Shown: positions 17,774-26,771 of the stretch, piece after piece
Layout: the number at the start of each line of letters is the position of its first letter
Position numbering within the stretch: the first letter of the stretch is position 1
Virus record (IMG/VR): IMGVR_UViG_3300029267_006021
Source: a virus
Direction: 5' to 3' (one strand)
Length of the DNA: 64,000 nucleotides
Program-made: the position numbers and the translations under genes
Notes under the pieces: model-generated
What the model saw: only the letters and a program-made list of their open reading frames with translations
What the model was told of the DNA's origin: nothing
Databases searched by the model: none

Positions 17774-17860
17774 GGCAATGTTAGAAAATTTTACGAGTTT
17801 TTTCAAAAAAAGGTATTCAAAAATCCTGAAGCCAATTGTGCGGAAGTTTATTTTAACAAT

Positions 17861-17889
17861 AAAAAAGCCGGCCAAAATGACCGGCTTTT
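17861..17889 (-). terminator. Intrinsic terminator after major capsid gene
   Basis: aaaagccgg...ccggctttt hairpin with U-tract on the minus strand. Confidence 0.8.
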
Positions 17890-17911
17890 CTACGTTTTAT
17901 GTGATTTTATG

Positions 17912-18835
17912 TTATCTTGTGATGTCAAGCCTGGTGAGTGCGAATGGGTTATATGCCCCGATCCCTAAATTCTCGAATATCGAAAATCCAATTGTTCTCG
18001 CCTTAGGATCATCTGCACTTAGAACCGTGAGTTCCGTACGAACGGGAATGCGGCCAAAGAACTCGGGCTCGGCACACACGTACACGCGTCCCACCGGCAC
18101 TATCCTAGACACCATCAACTGGGCTCCCCAAAGGTTTGCCTGCAACCCAGTCTTCAGCAAGGTCGCCTGGCTCTCGATATCCAAGATATCACGGCCAAAC
18201 TTCCTCACATCAGTGTAATCTCTCGCGTTGAAGAACAACCTCGCAACGCGAAGATCATGACGCTCGATCAGAGCGAAGGCATCTGCCAGCACATCGCCCG
18301 TGATTGGGGCAGCCACTGGGATATCAGGATTAGGAGCCAACCCACCAAAGCCAGCCGCCTGAATCGCATCCATGATGGCGAAGACCCTGGTATCTTCCTC
18401 CGCCTGAACCTCGCTCTTCGCCAAGTCCTGTGCTCTCTCGATCAGGTCATATCTGCGTTCCTTGACCTGAGTCAGCGGGATTTCAGGGTTGGATGCAATC
18501 TCAAAGAGAGGAAAGATCACTCTCTTTGGCTTCTGGATTGCCAGCACGTTTTCACCCTCTTCCCCTATGACGTATGCGACTGCATCTGGGTCCCTGTCAT
18601 AAATAGGAAGAGCACCATCTGGCAGTTGCTCGACCAAAAAGGTCTTTCTGCCAATACTCGTATAGTCCCGACGAGCCCTAAGAGGCTGAATCATCGAAGC
18701 AGCCAACTTCTGTCGACCTGCAGCGGTCTTGATCAACTCCCCGATGATCTGACTCCTGGCCTCGTTGCTAAGGACTTCTCCATGTCCTTCGCCTGCCATC
18801 TGTAAATCCTCCTTTAACTTTGCTATCGCATCCAT
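17912..18835 (-). CDS. Major capsid protein (HK97 fold)
   Basis: Position after protease/scaffold/decoration and before a terminator; LAASMIQPL..FEIASNPEI..QAEEDTR pattern recalled from Bxz1-like myovirus MCPs. Confidence 0.85.
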   Translation of the reverse strand: MDAIAKLKEDLQMAGEGHGEVLSNEARSQIIGELIKTAAGRQKLAASMIQPLRARRDYTSIGRKTFLVEQLPDGALPIYDRDPDAVAYVIGEEGENVLAIQKPKRVIFPLFEIASNPEIPLTQVKERRYDLIERAQDLAKSEVQAEEDTRVFAIMDAIQAAGFGGLAPNPDIPVAAPITGDVLADAFALIERHDLRVARLFFNARDYTDVRKFGRDILDIESQATLLKTGLQANLWGAQLMVSRIVPVGRVYVCAEPEFFGRIPVRTELTVLSADDPKARTIGFSIFENLGIGAYNPFALTRLDITR

Positions 18836-19443
18836 TAGACGCGAAGAGCAATCCTCATCGAGGTGTCCGCTGTCGTCGGCACCCTGGTCAGGATGGCCAC
18901 TGGCTGATTGTTGGCTGCAGCGATGATTCCATTTGTTACCGTTGGTGGATAATTAGTGAGATCATCAGGAGCAACGTTTGTCAGCAGACCCGATCTGCTG
19001 TCACAATACAGCCTATCTCCAGCAGTATAAGTAAGAGTAGTTGCAGTGTGAACACCATAGGTATCCCTGGCATTCGTTTCATAGTACCTAACCTCGTATG
19101 TGCCCATGCTGTCGACATACGGGGCCCGTCCACTCGCTGCTGCCGAGGTGGACTGGAAAGCGTACCCAGCCGCATCATTGATGAACAGACCTAATGGTGT
19201 CTCAGAAAGATCCGGACTTGCAGCCGGAGTAGGTCCACCAATCAAATCCGTACCCTTAACCACTGCAACGCTACCAGCAAGCACGCCTGCCGGAGTCGCA
19301 GCTGAAAGGGTGGAATTGATGGTAGTCCCAGCCGTGAAATTCACTCTCGTGAATCCATTGGCATCCAAGAAACCAAGGCTGTTCCGGTGCCCGACATACA
19401 GAATGCGGAGTCCGTAATCGGCACCCTGAACGCTGACTACCAT
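18835..19443 (-). CDS. Head decoration/cement protein
   Basis: Ala/Thr/Gly-rich, PLGLF, YTAGDRLY..GLLTN; directly upstream of MCP. Confidence 0.7.
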   Translation of the reverse strand: MVVSVQGADYGLRILYVGHRNSLGFLDANGFTRVNFTAGTTINSTLSAATPAGVLAGSVAVVKGTDLIGGPTPAASPDLSETPLGLFINDAAGYAFQSTSAAASGRAPYVDSMGTYEVRYYETNARDTYGVHTATTLTYTAGDRLYCDSRSGLLTNVAPDDLTNYPPTVTNGIIAAANNQPVAILTRVPTTADTSMRIALRV

Positions 19444-19492
19444 TTCCTTCTACCTCCCAACTTAAGGCCTAATAAACTATGGCTTTGCAGCC

Positions 19493-20263
19493 TTACACAC
19501 TAAAGACATCCGAAACATCTGGATCGGATTTCCAAAGGTTCTCGAGTCTAACACCTGAACCACTCGCTTTCTTCACATTACCAAGTTTCTTGGCACCTTT
19601 CTTAGCGGCGGTTTTTGAAGGCGTTTCAAAAATCTGATCTAAAATAGCGCTATCATCGGAAGCGTTGATTTCGATTTCTTCCTCGCTAGCTTCCTTGTCT
19701 TCATCCTCGTCTTCATCCTCGTCGTCTTCTTCTGAAGTCTTTGACTTCTGGCACTCTTCGGTGCCTCCATAAGGCCCAGTGCCGTCAGGCTTACCAGGAC
19801 CTTCAATTGCTCCTGCTTCTTTGGTCTCTTCGGCTTCCTTGGTTTCTAGAAGCTCGTACTTTCTCTTCAGCAAGTTGATAATTGAAGAAGTTGGAAGATC
19901 CATAAGTTCGACTGCCTGATCCTCAGCAATCTTTTCATCAGCTCCCGGCAGAAAAAGCTCAGCGATCTTTAAGCAAGCTTCGGCTTTCTTGCTGACCTCA
20001 GCCTTAATTCTCTCACGTTCTTTTCTTGCTTTACGAATAGCTGCTTGTCTCTTCGCTGCAGTAATAGGAGCTGGAAGCCCTACCTCATTCCTCTTATCCT
20101 TTTTCCATTGAGTATCTAAATCAGGAAGAGGATGATTCTCAACGAACTTATGAGTCTCGTACTTTTCCACTGGCGGGTTTTTCCTGTCTTCACGACCAAG
20201 CTGATTTGGATCAGTTAAATCAGCTTTTTTGGCCTGAGCCCTTTTAGTAAGTCTTTTTCTCAT
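19493..20263 (-). CDS. Putative scaffolding protein
   Basis: Charged, acidic tract, many KxA sites; lies between protease and decoration/MCP. Confidence 0.6.
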   Translation of the reverse strand: MRKRLTKRAQAKKADLTDPNQLGREDRKNPPVEKYETHKFVENHPLPDLDTQWKKDKRNEVGLPAPITAAKRQAAIRKARKERERIKAEVSKKAEACLKIAELFLPGADEKIAEDQAVELMDLPTSSIINLLKRKYELLETKEAEETKEAGAIEGPGKPDGTGPYGGTEECQKSKTSEEDDEDEDEDEDKEASEEEIEINASDDSAILDQIFETPSKTAAKKGAKKLGNVKKASGSGVRLENLWKSDPDVSDVFSV

Positions 20264-20379
20264 TTCCAGCTCCTTCTAAACGTAATCAATCTTTTCAACA
20301 AATAATTCAAATTAGTAAAGTATTAAACTTTTTTGAATTATTTGCTAATTAACATTTTTGTATGTTAATTAGTGGACTA

Positions 20380-21939
20380 TTACGAATCTTTCTGTTCAAG
20401 TAAATTATATCTCAGGATTTCTGAAGATATTTTCTTGAGCTCCGGCTGAGTTAAATCGCGTTTAAATAAAGTCTTGCAATATTTTATGAATGCTTCCTTT
20501 GTTTTAAAATCTTTAGCCTTTAAAGCAGCTTTATAAATCTTAGGGTCTTGTTTTCCAAGCTCTGAACTAATGAAAGCAGAAAGCAAAATTCCATCTCTTC
20601 CATCTAAATCAAATTTTCTAAGGCTTTCCCAAGGTTTTCCTTGACTTAAAGCCAAAATCGCCTTTGTAATAGATTCGCTCTTAGATCCAAAAATCTTTTT
20701 AATCTTTGAAGATATATCATTGTATTTATAAGATTCGAATTCATTGAGAGGTTTTGTATTTGATTTAACTAGCGTATCATGGGTTAAAGCTTCATCTGGT
20801 ATGTATTCTCTAGTTCTTCTTGCTGTTTGTATTTCGTCGCTTAGTTCTTTGAGTAGTTCTTCTTTTGCTTCTTCTTTTGCGCGTTCTTTAATCTCTTGTT
20901 TAATAACATCTTTAATATCGACAAATGTTGTTGGTTTTTCTAACTCTTCAGGAGTTTCCGTTTCTACTGGAGCTGCTTCTTCTGTTGGGGCGTCTTCTTC
21001 CGGGGGTGTCTCTTCTGTTGGGGCGTCTTCCTCTGGAGGTGGCGGAGCCGCTTCCTCTGTTTCTGCTGGTGCGTCTTCTTCTCCTTGAGCTAAAATATAG
21101 CGTGATGTATTAGCAACTTTCTTTAATTTAAGTCCTTCATCTCCCTTTAAGGGCTTAATTTCAAAAGCAGATTTAATTTTATCTTTAAGTTCAAACTTAG
21201 GAGCCACAATATTGCGAGTCACTGCTCCTTCAAATGCCGGATTCTTAACCCAACTAGCGTCAATAAATTGAACTGACTCTGGATCATCCTTATGCCCACA
21301 AAGTTCAGCAATAATTCTCTCAACACCATTATTGTCAATAAATTTATTTCCTTTAAGATATCTAATGTGATGACAGAGTTGTACTGAATCTTCTGCTTTA
21401 TTCCCGCATTTTGAACAAAAGGTCCATGCAACCACACAACCCATTGATAATTTATTTGTTTCTCCACTTTCTATTTTCTTAACTAAATCTTTATGTTTTC
21501 TATCAGTGGCAACTAAAATATCAACATAAATTGATTTGGCTTCTTTGTCCGAAGCAGTCTTTCCTGGAAAAATAACTTCACGAGCGACAGCGTCAATGAC
21601 TTTACCTTTAGACTGTTCTGCAATTTGAACATGCTCAACAAAGTTATCTGCGCCTACGAATGATTTATAACAACCTAAAAGTAAATTTCGTTCCCAAGCA
21701 TCATAATTATTGTTAACGAATTTTGCAGTTTCTGGTGTAATATAATGTTCAGGATCTTCTTCAACATCTACCGAAGCAATAATAGTACAATGACTAAGAC
21801 AATACTCCTTTGGATCATATTCTGCGACTATTTTACTTGCAGTTCTAGACGAAAAATCTCGATCAGAAATTTCTGACCACTGAGTCCAGTCTACTACTGG
21901 ATTAACCACTACTGCTGAAGCTGTTTTTAAAAAGGCCAT
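20380..21939 (-). CDS. Prohead protease-like protein
   Basis: NFVEH..KGKVIDA, LSMGC..CSKCG..CHH, FIDASWVKNPAF; acidic Pro-rich linker with EEDAPTEE repeats. Confidence 0.7.
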   Translation of the reverse strand: MAFLKTASAVVVNPVVDWTQWSEISDRDFSSRTASKIVAEYDPKEYCLSHCTIIASVDVEEDPEHYITPETAKFVNNNYDAWERNLLLGCYKSFVGADNFVEHVQIAEQSKGKVIDAVAREVIFPGKTASDKEAKSIYVDILVATDRKHKDLVKKIESGETNKLSMGCVVAWTFCSKCGNKAEDSVQLCHHIRYLKGNKFIDNNGVERIIAELCGHKDDPESVQFIDASWVKNPAFEGAVTRNIVAPKFELKDKIKSAFEIKPLKGDEGLKLKKVANTSRYILAQGEEDAPAETEEAAPPPPEEDAPTEETPPEEDAPTEEAAPVETETPEELEKPTTFVDIKDVIKQEIKERAKEEAKEELLKELSDEIQTARRTREYIPDEALTHDTLVKSNTKPLNEFESYKYNDISSKIKKIFGSKSESITKAILALSQGKPWESLRKFDLDGRDGILLSAFISSELGKQDPKIYKAALKAKDFKTKEAFIKYCKTLFKRDLTQPELKKISSEILRYNLLEQKDS

Positions 21940-21990
21940 TCTAATCTCCTCGCAACAATCTAATCATTTAAATCGCAACGTATTAGTGAA

Positions 21991-23007
21991 CTATGAGAAG
22001 AGTGCTTCTTTCCAATTAGAATTTTTAATATCATAATGCTCATGTGCCCAAGAAGAAATGCTCTTTTTAATGATGCTAAATTCCCAAAGATGATAGATAT
22101 TCTCAAGTACGTTAAACCAATCGGAATCTTCTACCAGAAGACTATCATAGAGAGTTTTTTCCAGGATTTCTAAATAGGGCTGTACCTTACTAACTACCGG
22201 CACTATCCCAGATGCCATATATTCAATAGCCTTAAGTCTACTTTTACAACGATTAAATGGGCAGTTTCTTAATGGAGCAAATCCAAGATTCGCTGGCAAT
22301 TTATGAAGAAGTGCTAAATAACTTTCAGGTGGGACAGCAGGTATTAAAAAAATTTGATCTGGAGATACTTGATTTAAAATAGGTTTATTAATTGTATGTA
22401 TAGCAATCAATAACATATCTGGATGTAATTTTAAAAATCTAATCAAACCTCTTTCTAAAACTTTTAAATCTGCTTTATGTGAAGTACTACCACCCCAAAG
22501 CAAACAAAAGCGATCTTTTAAGATATCTATTGAAACCTTTTTGAACTCTTTATTTCTTAGATCAATCTCTACATCTTGGTTTAAATAATCAAAATCAATA
22601 TAATTATCAACAATAACAATATTAGGATTATAGCGATGGTAGGCTTCTTTTAAACATTCATTGGTAACAATAACAAAATCGGCTTCTCTTAGAAAATTAC
22701 GAATAACTACCTGATGTTTTAAATAAAAAGCACTAGCCGGGTTCCAATCAGGTAGATCTAAAAGATTATCATCGATTTCATAGATAACTGTGCCTCCCCT
22801 TTTTTTGATATCTCTAAAAACATTCAATTCTGAATATAAACAGGCACGACCAAAAATATAGGCTTTATCTACAACATTATGAAGGTTTATAGAATCAACA
22901 GAACTAACTTTAAAACCTAAAGAAAATAAATGTTTAACAGGAAGATCAACCCGATAGTGAGTACAAGCGTTTTCGCCTTTGCGTAAAAAAACGACTTCTT
23001 TAAACAT
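21991..23007 (-). CDS. Glycosyltransferase (GT4-like)
   Basis: HYRVDLP, YEIDDNL, WGGSTSH..DL, APL..FNRCKS.LKAIEY..G.VPV. Confidence 0.85.
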   Translation of the reverse strand: MFKEVVFLRKGENACTHYRVDLPVKHLFSLGFKVSSVDSINLHNVVDKAYIFGRACLYSELNVFRDIKKRGGTVIYEIDDNLLDLPDWNPASAFYLKHQVVIRNFLREADFVIVTNECLKEAYHRYNPNIVIVDNYIDFDYLNQDVEIDLRNKEFKKVSIDILKDRFCLLWGGSTSHKADLKVLERGLIRFLKLHPDMLLIAIHTINKPILNQVSPDQIFLIPAVPPESYLALLHKLPANLGFAPLRNCPFNRCKSRLKAIEYMASGIVPVVSKVQPYLEILEKTLYDSLLVEDSDWFNVLENIYHLWEFSIIKKSISSWAHEHYDIKNSNWKEALFS

Positions 23008-23015
23008 CTTAAGAA

Positions 23016-23627
23016 TTAGTAGGAATGATCCCAGACTTCAACACGAATTGTTGAGTCGACGGGTACTCTAAACCAAACTTTTCGTTCATAACGTATATCA
23101 AAAACCATCCCATTATCAGGAGATCCCAAAGGACCAAGCCTCCCATGAACTGTAACACCATCAAAACTATAATCAACTGTATCTGCCCCAGTCAGATTAA
23201 GAAGTGAGATACCTTGAGATAAAAAGCCCCAATTAAACTGTGGATTTACTGGAAAATTAGCTGAAGCAATTATATCTAAATCTTTAGCGAATCTTGGGCC
23301 TACTTCAGGAGCCAAACCCCTTTCAGGTGAGTTTGCTAAAGAACTTTCTACCCCATTTGAGTTAACTTCAGTAATTCTAAAATAATACGGGGCATTATTA
23401 GTAATACCTAAATCACCTGAACGTGATAATTGTCTAACGACACAACCCCGAAAAGGCCCCTGCGACGGATAATTTGGAATATTACCATCAATTAAAATAC
23501 CAGCAAAGGCTGGAGCGCTGACTGTAGACCCATATAAACGATAAAATTGAATTGTGGAACCACTTGGTTTCCAATATAGAGTGATTATATCTTGTACATT
23601 ATCCCCGACATTAAGATCTAAAGCCAT
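23016..23627 (-). CDS. Putative virion protein with FN3/Ig-like domain
   Basis: ITLYW..FYRLY..YYFRITEVNSNGVES. Confidence 0.55.
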   Translation of the reverse strand: MALDLNVGDNVQDIITLYWKPSGSTIQFYRLYGSTVSAPAFAGILIDGNIPNYPSQGPFRGCVVRQLSRSGDLGITNNAPYYFRITEVNSNGVESSLANSPERGLAPEVGPRFAKDLDIIASANFPVNPQFNWGFLSQGISLLNLTGADTVDYSFDGVTVHGRLGPLGSPDNGMVFDIRYERKVWFRVPVDSTIRVEVWDHSY

Positions 23628-23639
23628 TTTACTTCCCTA

Positions 23640-23921
23640 TTATAAACAAATAAAACTTGGTCCTGGGCAAGATCCAGTTACTTTGGGCACTCCCGTATAA
23701 CTCTCGGCAAATGTGTCATCCCTTACCATATAAATGGCAATATACATATCCCTGATTACCTGTTCAGGTATAGGCACTGAAAATCCAGCATGCCCAAGAG
23801 GAGTTTCTATATCTTTAATAAAAACCTTATCTTCAACCTCATTCCAAATTACAGTAAAATAGTAGTATTGACTATCTACCGTGGAACGAAACTTGAATTC
23901 TCGTCCAAGTAAACAGCTCAT
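23640..23921 (-). CDS. Hypothetical protein (head module)
   Basis: ORF coupled to neighbours. Confidence 0.55.
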   Translation of the reverse strand: MSCLLGREFKFRSTVDSQYYYFTVIWNEVEDKVFIKDIETPLGHAGFSVPIPEQVIRDMYIAIYMVRDDTFAESYTGVPKVTGSCPGPSFICL

Positions 23922-25426
23922 AATCCAGCTTCCTCTGGAATAGCGGTTTCAGCTGTCCAATCAATATTCCCATCATATTTTTTAATGAGATCTTCTAAAT
24001 CTTTTTCAAGACTCTCTGGAACACCAAAAAGGTTAATCGACCCCTTACCTCTAAATTTAACAGTAAAATCTTTTGACATATTTCTGAATTCTTCATCATA
24101 TGTAAAATCTGCGCGGTTGTCCTGTGAACCAAAGTCAATCAAGAATTCTAAAAGTTTCTCTTGGCCCATTATCACTCTATCAAGATCTTGAGCAATTTTT
24201 TCAAGACTATCAGATGAACCTGAAGCAAATCGAGCTGCCGGGGTTGGCAAAAGATCAAGATTACCTTTAGAGCGTTTTACAACCTCTTGCATCTTTTCAT
24301 AAACTGCTTTAGCATAGGGAGCATCAATAGCTTCAGTAATTAAATCACTAATTTTAGCTGTTTTCTTCCCTTTAGTTAAGTCTATAATCTCTTTAAAAAC
24401 CTTTTGTAGACCTTTTTTATCTGCTTTTAAAGCTAAAATAGTCGCTTGTTTTAAAGTCTCGTCAAAATCTTCTATAAAGTAATTGTGAGGTTTGCAATAT
24501 AAATAAGCAGTGACTGATCTAATTGTAGGTTCTGCATAAATCGAACCAAATCTCTCATACAGGAATTTATAAGTTTCTAATTCTTTAAAATGAGCATTAT
24601 AAGGTACTGTGGCTGCTCTCAAGAGAACATTAAAAGCCCGCTTTAGAAATCGACTAGCAACTCTTTTAGGCGCCTTTTCAACTGAAAGTATCCAATTATT
24701 TGCATTTGGAAACCCTGAATTTGAACTACCCACTGTCCCATCTATTGTTATAGAGGTTCCAAAAAAATTAGTCAAAGTATTCGAAGTTTTGACATCTACT
24801 GAATCTATATATAATGGAGACTGTCCTGAAACACCTTTCGTTGAACTATTTTCTGGATCTGGTGAATTCCAACGCTCGGCATCCCAAGTCGAATAATAAC
24901 CCTCACTATCGACAACAACTGACGGCGGCTGAAACCATGGATTGACTCGTACTAAATCCTGAGGATTTTCAAAACCAATACCATAAGGCCAACGAACATC
25001 AACTGTATTTGTAGTTGGGTGAATCGCAAGAACTATACCCAAATATTCAGTAACTCTAAAATCACCAAAGATTTTTCGTACAACATCCCCAGTACGAAAA
25101 TCCTCAGGGGCTACTAAATTTGGGTAGAGTATATCGGCTTGTTTATTCATAGAAGCTTCCTTACCTGCAGGCACAAAGTCTATGGCTTTAAAATCATGTT
25201 CCTTCAGCCAAGCCTTCGCTTCACCTGGAGAGAATTTATCTTTATCAAAATGAATAGACTGAACTACTGCCCGACCTCCTTCAGGCCCCTCCTTCCTCTC
25301 TGACTTAATTCCCCAATAAATATGAATCCCAGAACCGAAATCATGGTCTTTTGGTCCTTCACGACGGATTCGAATAAATTGGTCGGGGTCTTTTATTCTG
25401 GCCGAGTGCTCATCTTCAAAGACCAT
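23918..25426 (-). CDS. Multi-domain head-associated protein (possible polyprotein)
   Basis: Domains separated by KEAS/KQAD/RVAS/KTAK/KIAQ sites. Confidence 0.55.
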   Translation of the reverse strand: MVFEDEHSARIKDPDQFIRIRREGPKDHDFGSGIHIYWGIKSERKEGPEGGRAVVQSIHFDKDKFSPGEAKAWLKEHDFKAIDFVPAGKEASMNKQADILYPNLVAPEDFRTGDVVRKIFGDFRVTEYLGIVLAIHPTTNTVDVRWPYGIGFENPQDLVRVNPWFQPPSVVVDSEGYYSTWDAERWNSPDPENSSTKGVSGQSPLYIDSVDVKTSNTLTNFFGTSITIDGTVGSSNSGFPNANNWILSVEKAPKRVASRFLKRAFNVLLRAATVPYNAHFKELETYKFLYERFGSIYAEPTIRSVTAYLYCKPHNYFIEDFDETLKQATILALKADKKGLQKVFKEIIDLTKGKKTAKISDLITEAIDAPYAKAVYEKMQEVVKRSKGNLDLLPTPAARFASGSSDSLEKIAQDLDRVIMGQEKLLEFLIDFGSQDNRADFTYDEEFRNMSKDFTVKFRGKGSINLFGVPESLEKDLEDLIKKYDGNIDWTAETAIPEEAGL

Positions 25427-25456
25427 AATGATCTCCGATAGTATTGATCTAAAATC

Positions 25457-26428
25457 TTATTTATAGTGCTTGACAACTTCCCAGAGTTCAGAATCAATAT
25501 TATCAGAAATCTTATCGATCTCAAGAGCAACTTTCTCATCACCCTGCTTCTCAACCCACTCAGCCAGATTATCCAGGTAACTAGAAGCTTGCTTAAGAGC
25601 AGAAGCCCAGTGATAATCTTCCACAGCTTTATCCACGTGGGGATTCTTTGTTTTAGGAGCTGTGTTCAAATCTTTGACTGGGCCTTCATGCCGACGGGCA
25701 ACTTCCGAATGCCGAGCTGGTTGGCGAGGTATATCATCATAGGTATCCATGAACTTTTCATCCTTGTCTCGTTCATAGGCGCCACTAAAATCATACCTCT
25801 TCATATAACGAGCTTCATCCTTGTCCCCTTCAAGCCAATCAGCTACTCTCCAGATCCTTTTTGCTAAATCTGGATGCGTTGACTTGATCTGATCTGCAAC
25901 CTTGTCAAGCCTCTTTGCAAACTCACCTGCCTGTTTCCTGGTCATTTTCTCCTCCTCAAGAGAATCTACATGACTAAGTCTCTGAGCCAAACACAGTAGT
26001 TCGCCAACTTTTTCGAACTCTCTCTTTGGGCATTTACCTGCAGTTTTTTTGATCTTTGATTTTTTCATTTCTTCATACATTGCTTCAAATACATTTGGAT
26101 GTATTTTTGATTGGTATTTTGAATCATCCATACTCCAAATAGCTAATTCTAAAGCCGAGGCAAGCGCAGCCTCTTTATTATAAGAAAAAGTTTCAGGATC
26201 GACTAACTTCAAGGCTTCCTTGACAATTGCATCAAAGTCCTCTTGCTTCAAATCAGCCTTATCAGTATAAGACCAAGGATTTTTTCTCCAATAATCTAAA
26301 TCATAGACTGAAGGTAAATTAAAAGAACTATAATCTTTAATACTCGGAGTAGTCACTCCAGGTGTCTTTTTCAACCGTTCATCAAATGACCAACCATGTT
26401 GAGCTTTTTTTGTTTTCATAAGCACCAT
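25457..26428 (-). CDS. Putative head/internal protein
   Basis: Preceded by the late motif; KxA-rich; repeated LDKVAD/LDNLAE/IDKISD helices. Confidence 0.55.
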   Translation of the reverse strand: MVLMKTKKAQHGWSFDERLKKTPGVTTPSIKDYSSFNLPSVYDLDYWRKNPWSYTDKADLKQEDFDAIVKEALKLVDPETFSYNKEAALASALELAIWSMDDSKYQSKIHPNVFEAMYEEMKKSKIKKTAGKCPKREFEKVGELLCLAQRLSHVDSLEEEKMTRKQAGEFAKRLDKVADQIKSTHPDLAKRIWRVADWLEGDKDEARYMKRYDFSGAYERDKDEKFMDTYDDIPRQPARHSEVARRHEGPVKDLNTAPKTKNPHVDKAVEDYHWASALKQASSYLDNLAEWVEKQGDEKVALEIDKISDNIDSELWEVVKHYK

Positions 26429-26461
26429 TTACAAAGATGTACTTAAATTGTTTACTCCGTC

Positions 26462-26477
26462 TAATTAGTAGATTATT
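26462..26477 (-). promoter_or_regulatory. Putative late promoter motif AATAATCTACTAATTA
   Basis: Identical to 2943-2958. Confidence 0.55.
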
Positions 26478-26496
26478 GTTTATTGAAAAATTAATT

Positions 26497-26760
26497 TTAA
26501 ACTAAAGATATGCGGCGAAAATGGCGTGAAATTATTCGCTTGAGACGTAAGTTTAAGCTAGAGTTTTTCCCGTCATCCCTCTTTGGCTTTTTTAAATATT
26601 TGTGTTCATCTAAATCTGGATCATATTCAGGTTTAGTTATTTTTCTTACATCATAGCGAGGAGGTTTCTCCTTTGGAGAAGGATGTCGACGAATATCTTC
26701 TTCCTTAGGTTGTTTATAAGGTCCCCGCTTTTTGCCTTGTTGGTTTTCGCCCTTTGGCAT
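26497..26760 (-). CDS. Small basic protein
   Basis: ORF following portal. Confidence 0.5.
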   Translation of the reverse strand: MPKGENQQGKKRGPYKQPKEEDIRRHPSPKEKPPRYDVRKITKPEYDPDLDEHKYLKKPKRDDGKNSSLNLRLKRIISRHFRRISLV

Positions 26761-26771
26761 AACTCGTATCT

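Noticed and set aside
17912-18835. Cellular encapsulin
   Set aside because: Terminase, portal, protease and decoration genes show a viral head module
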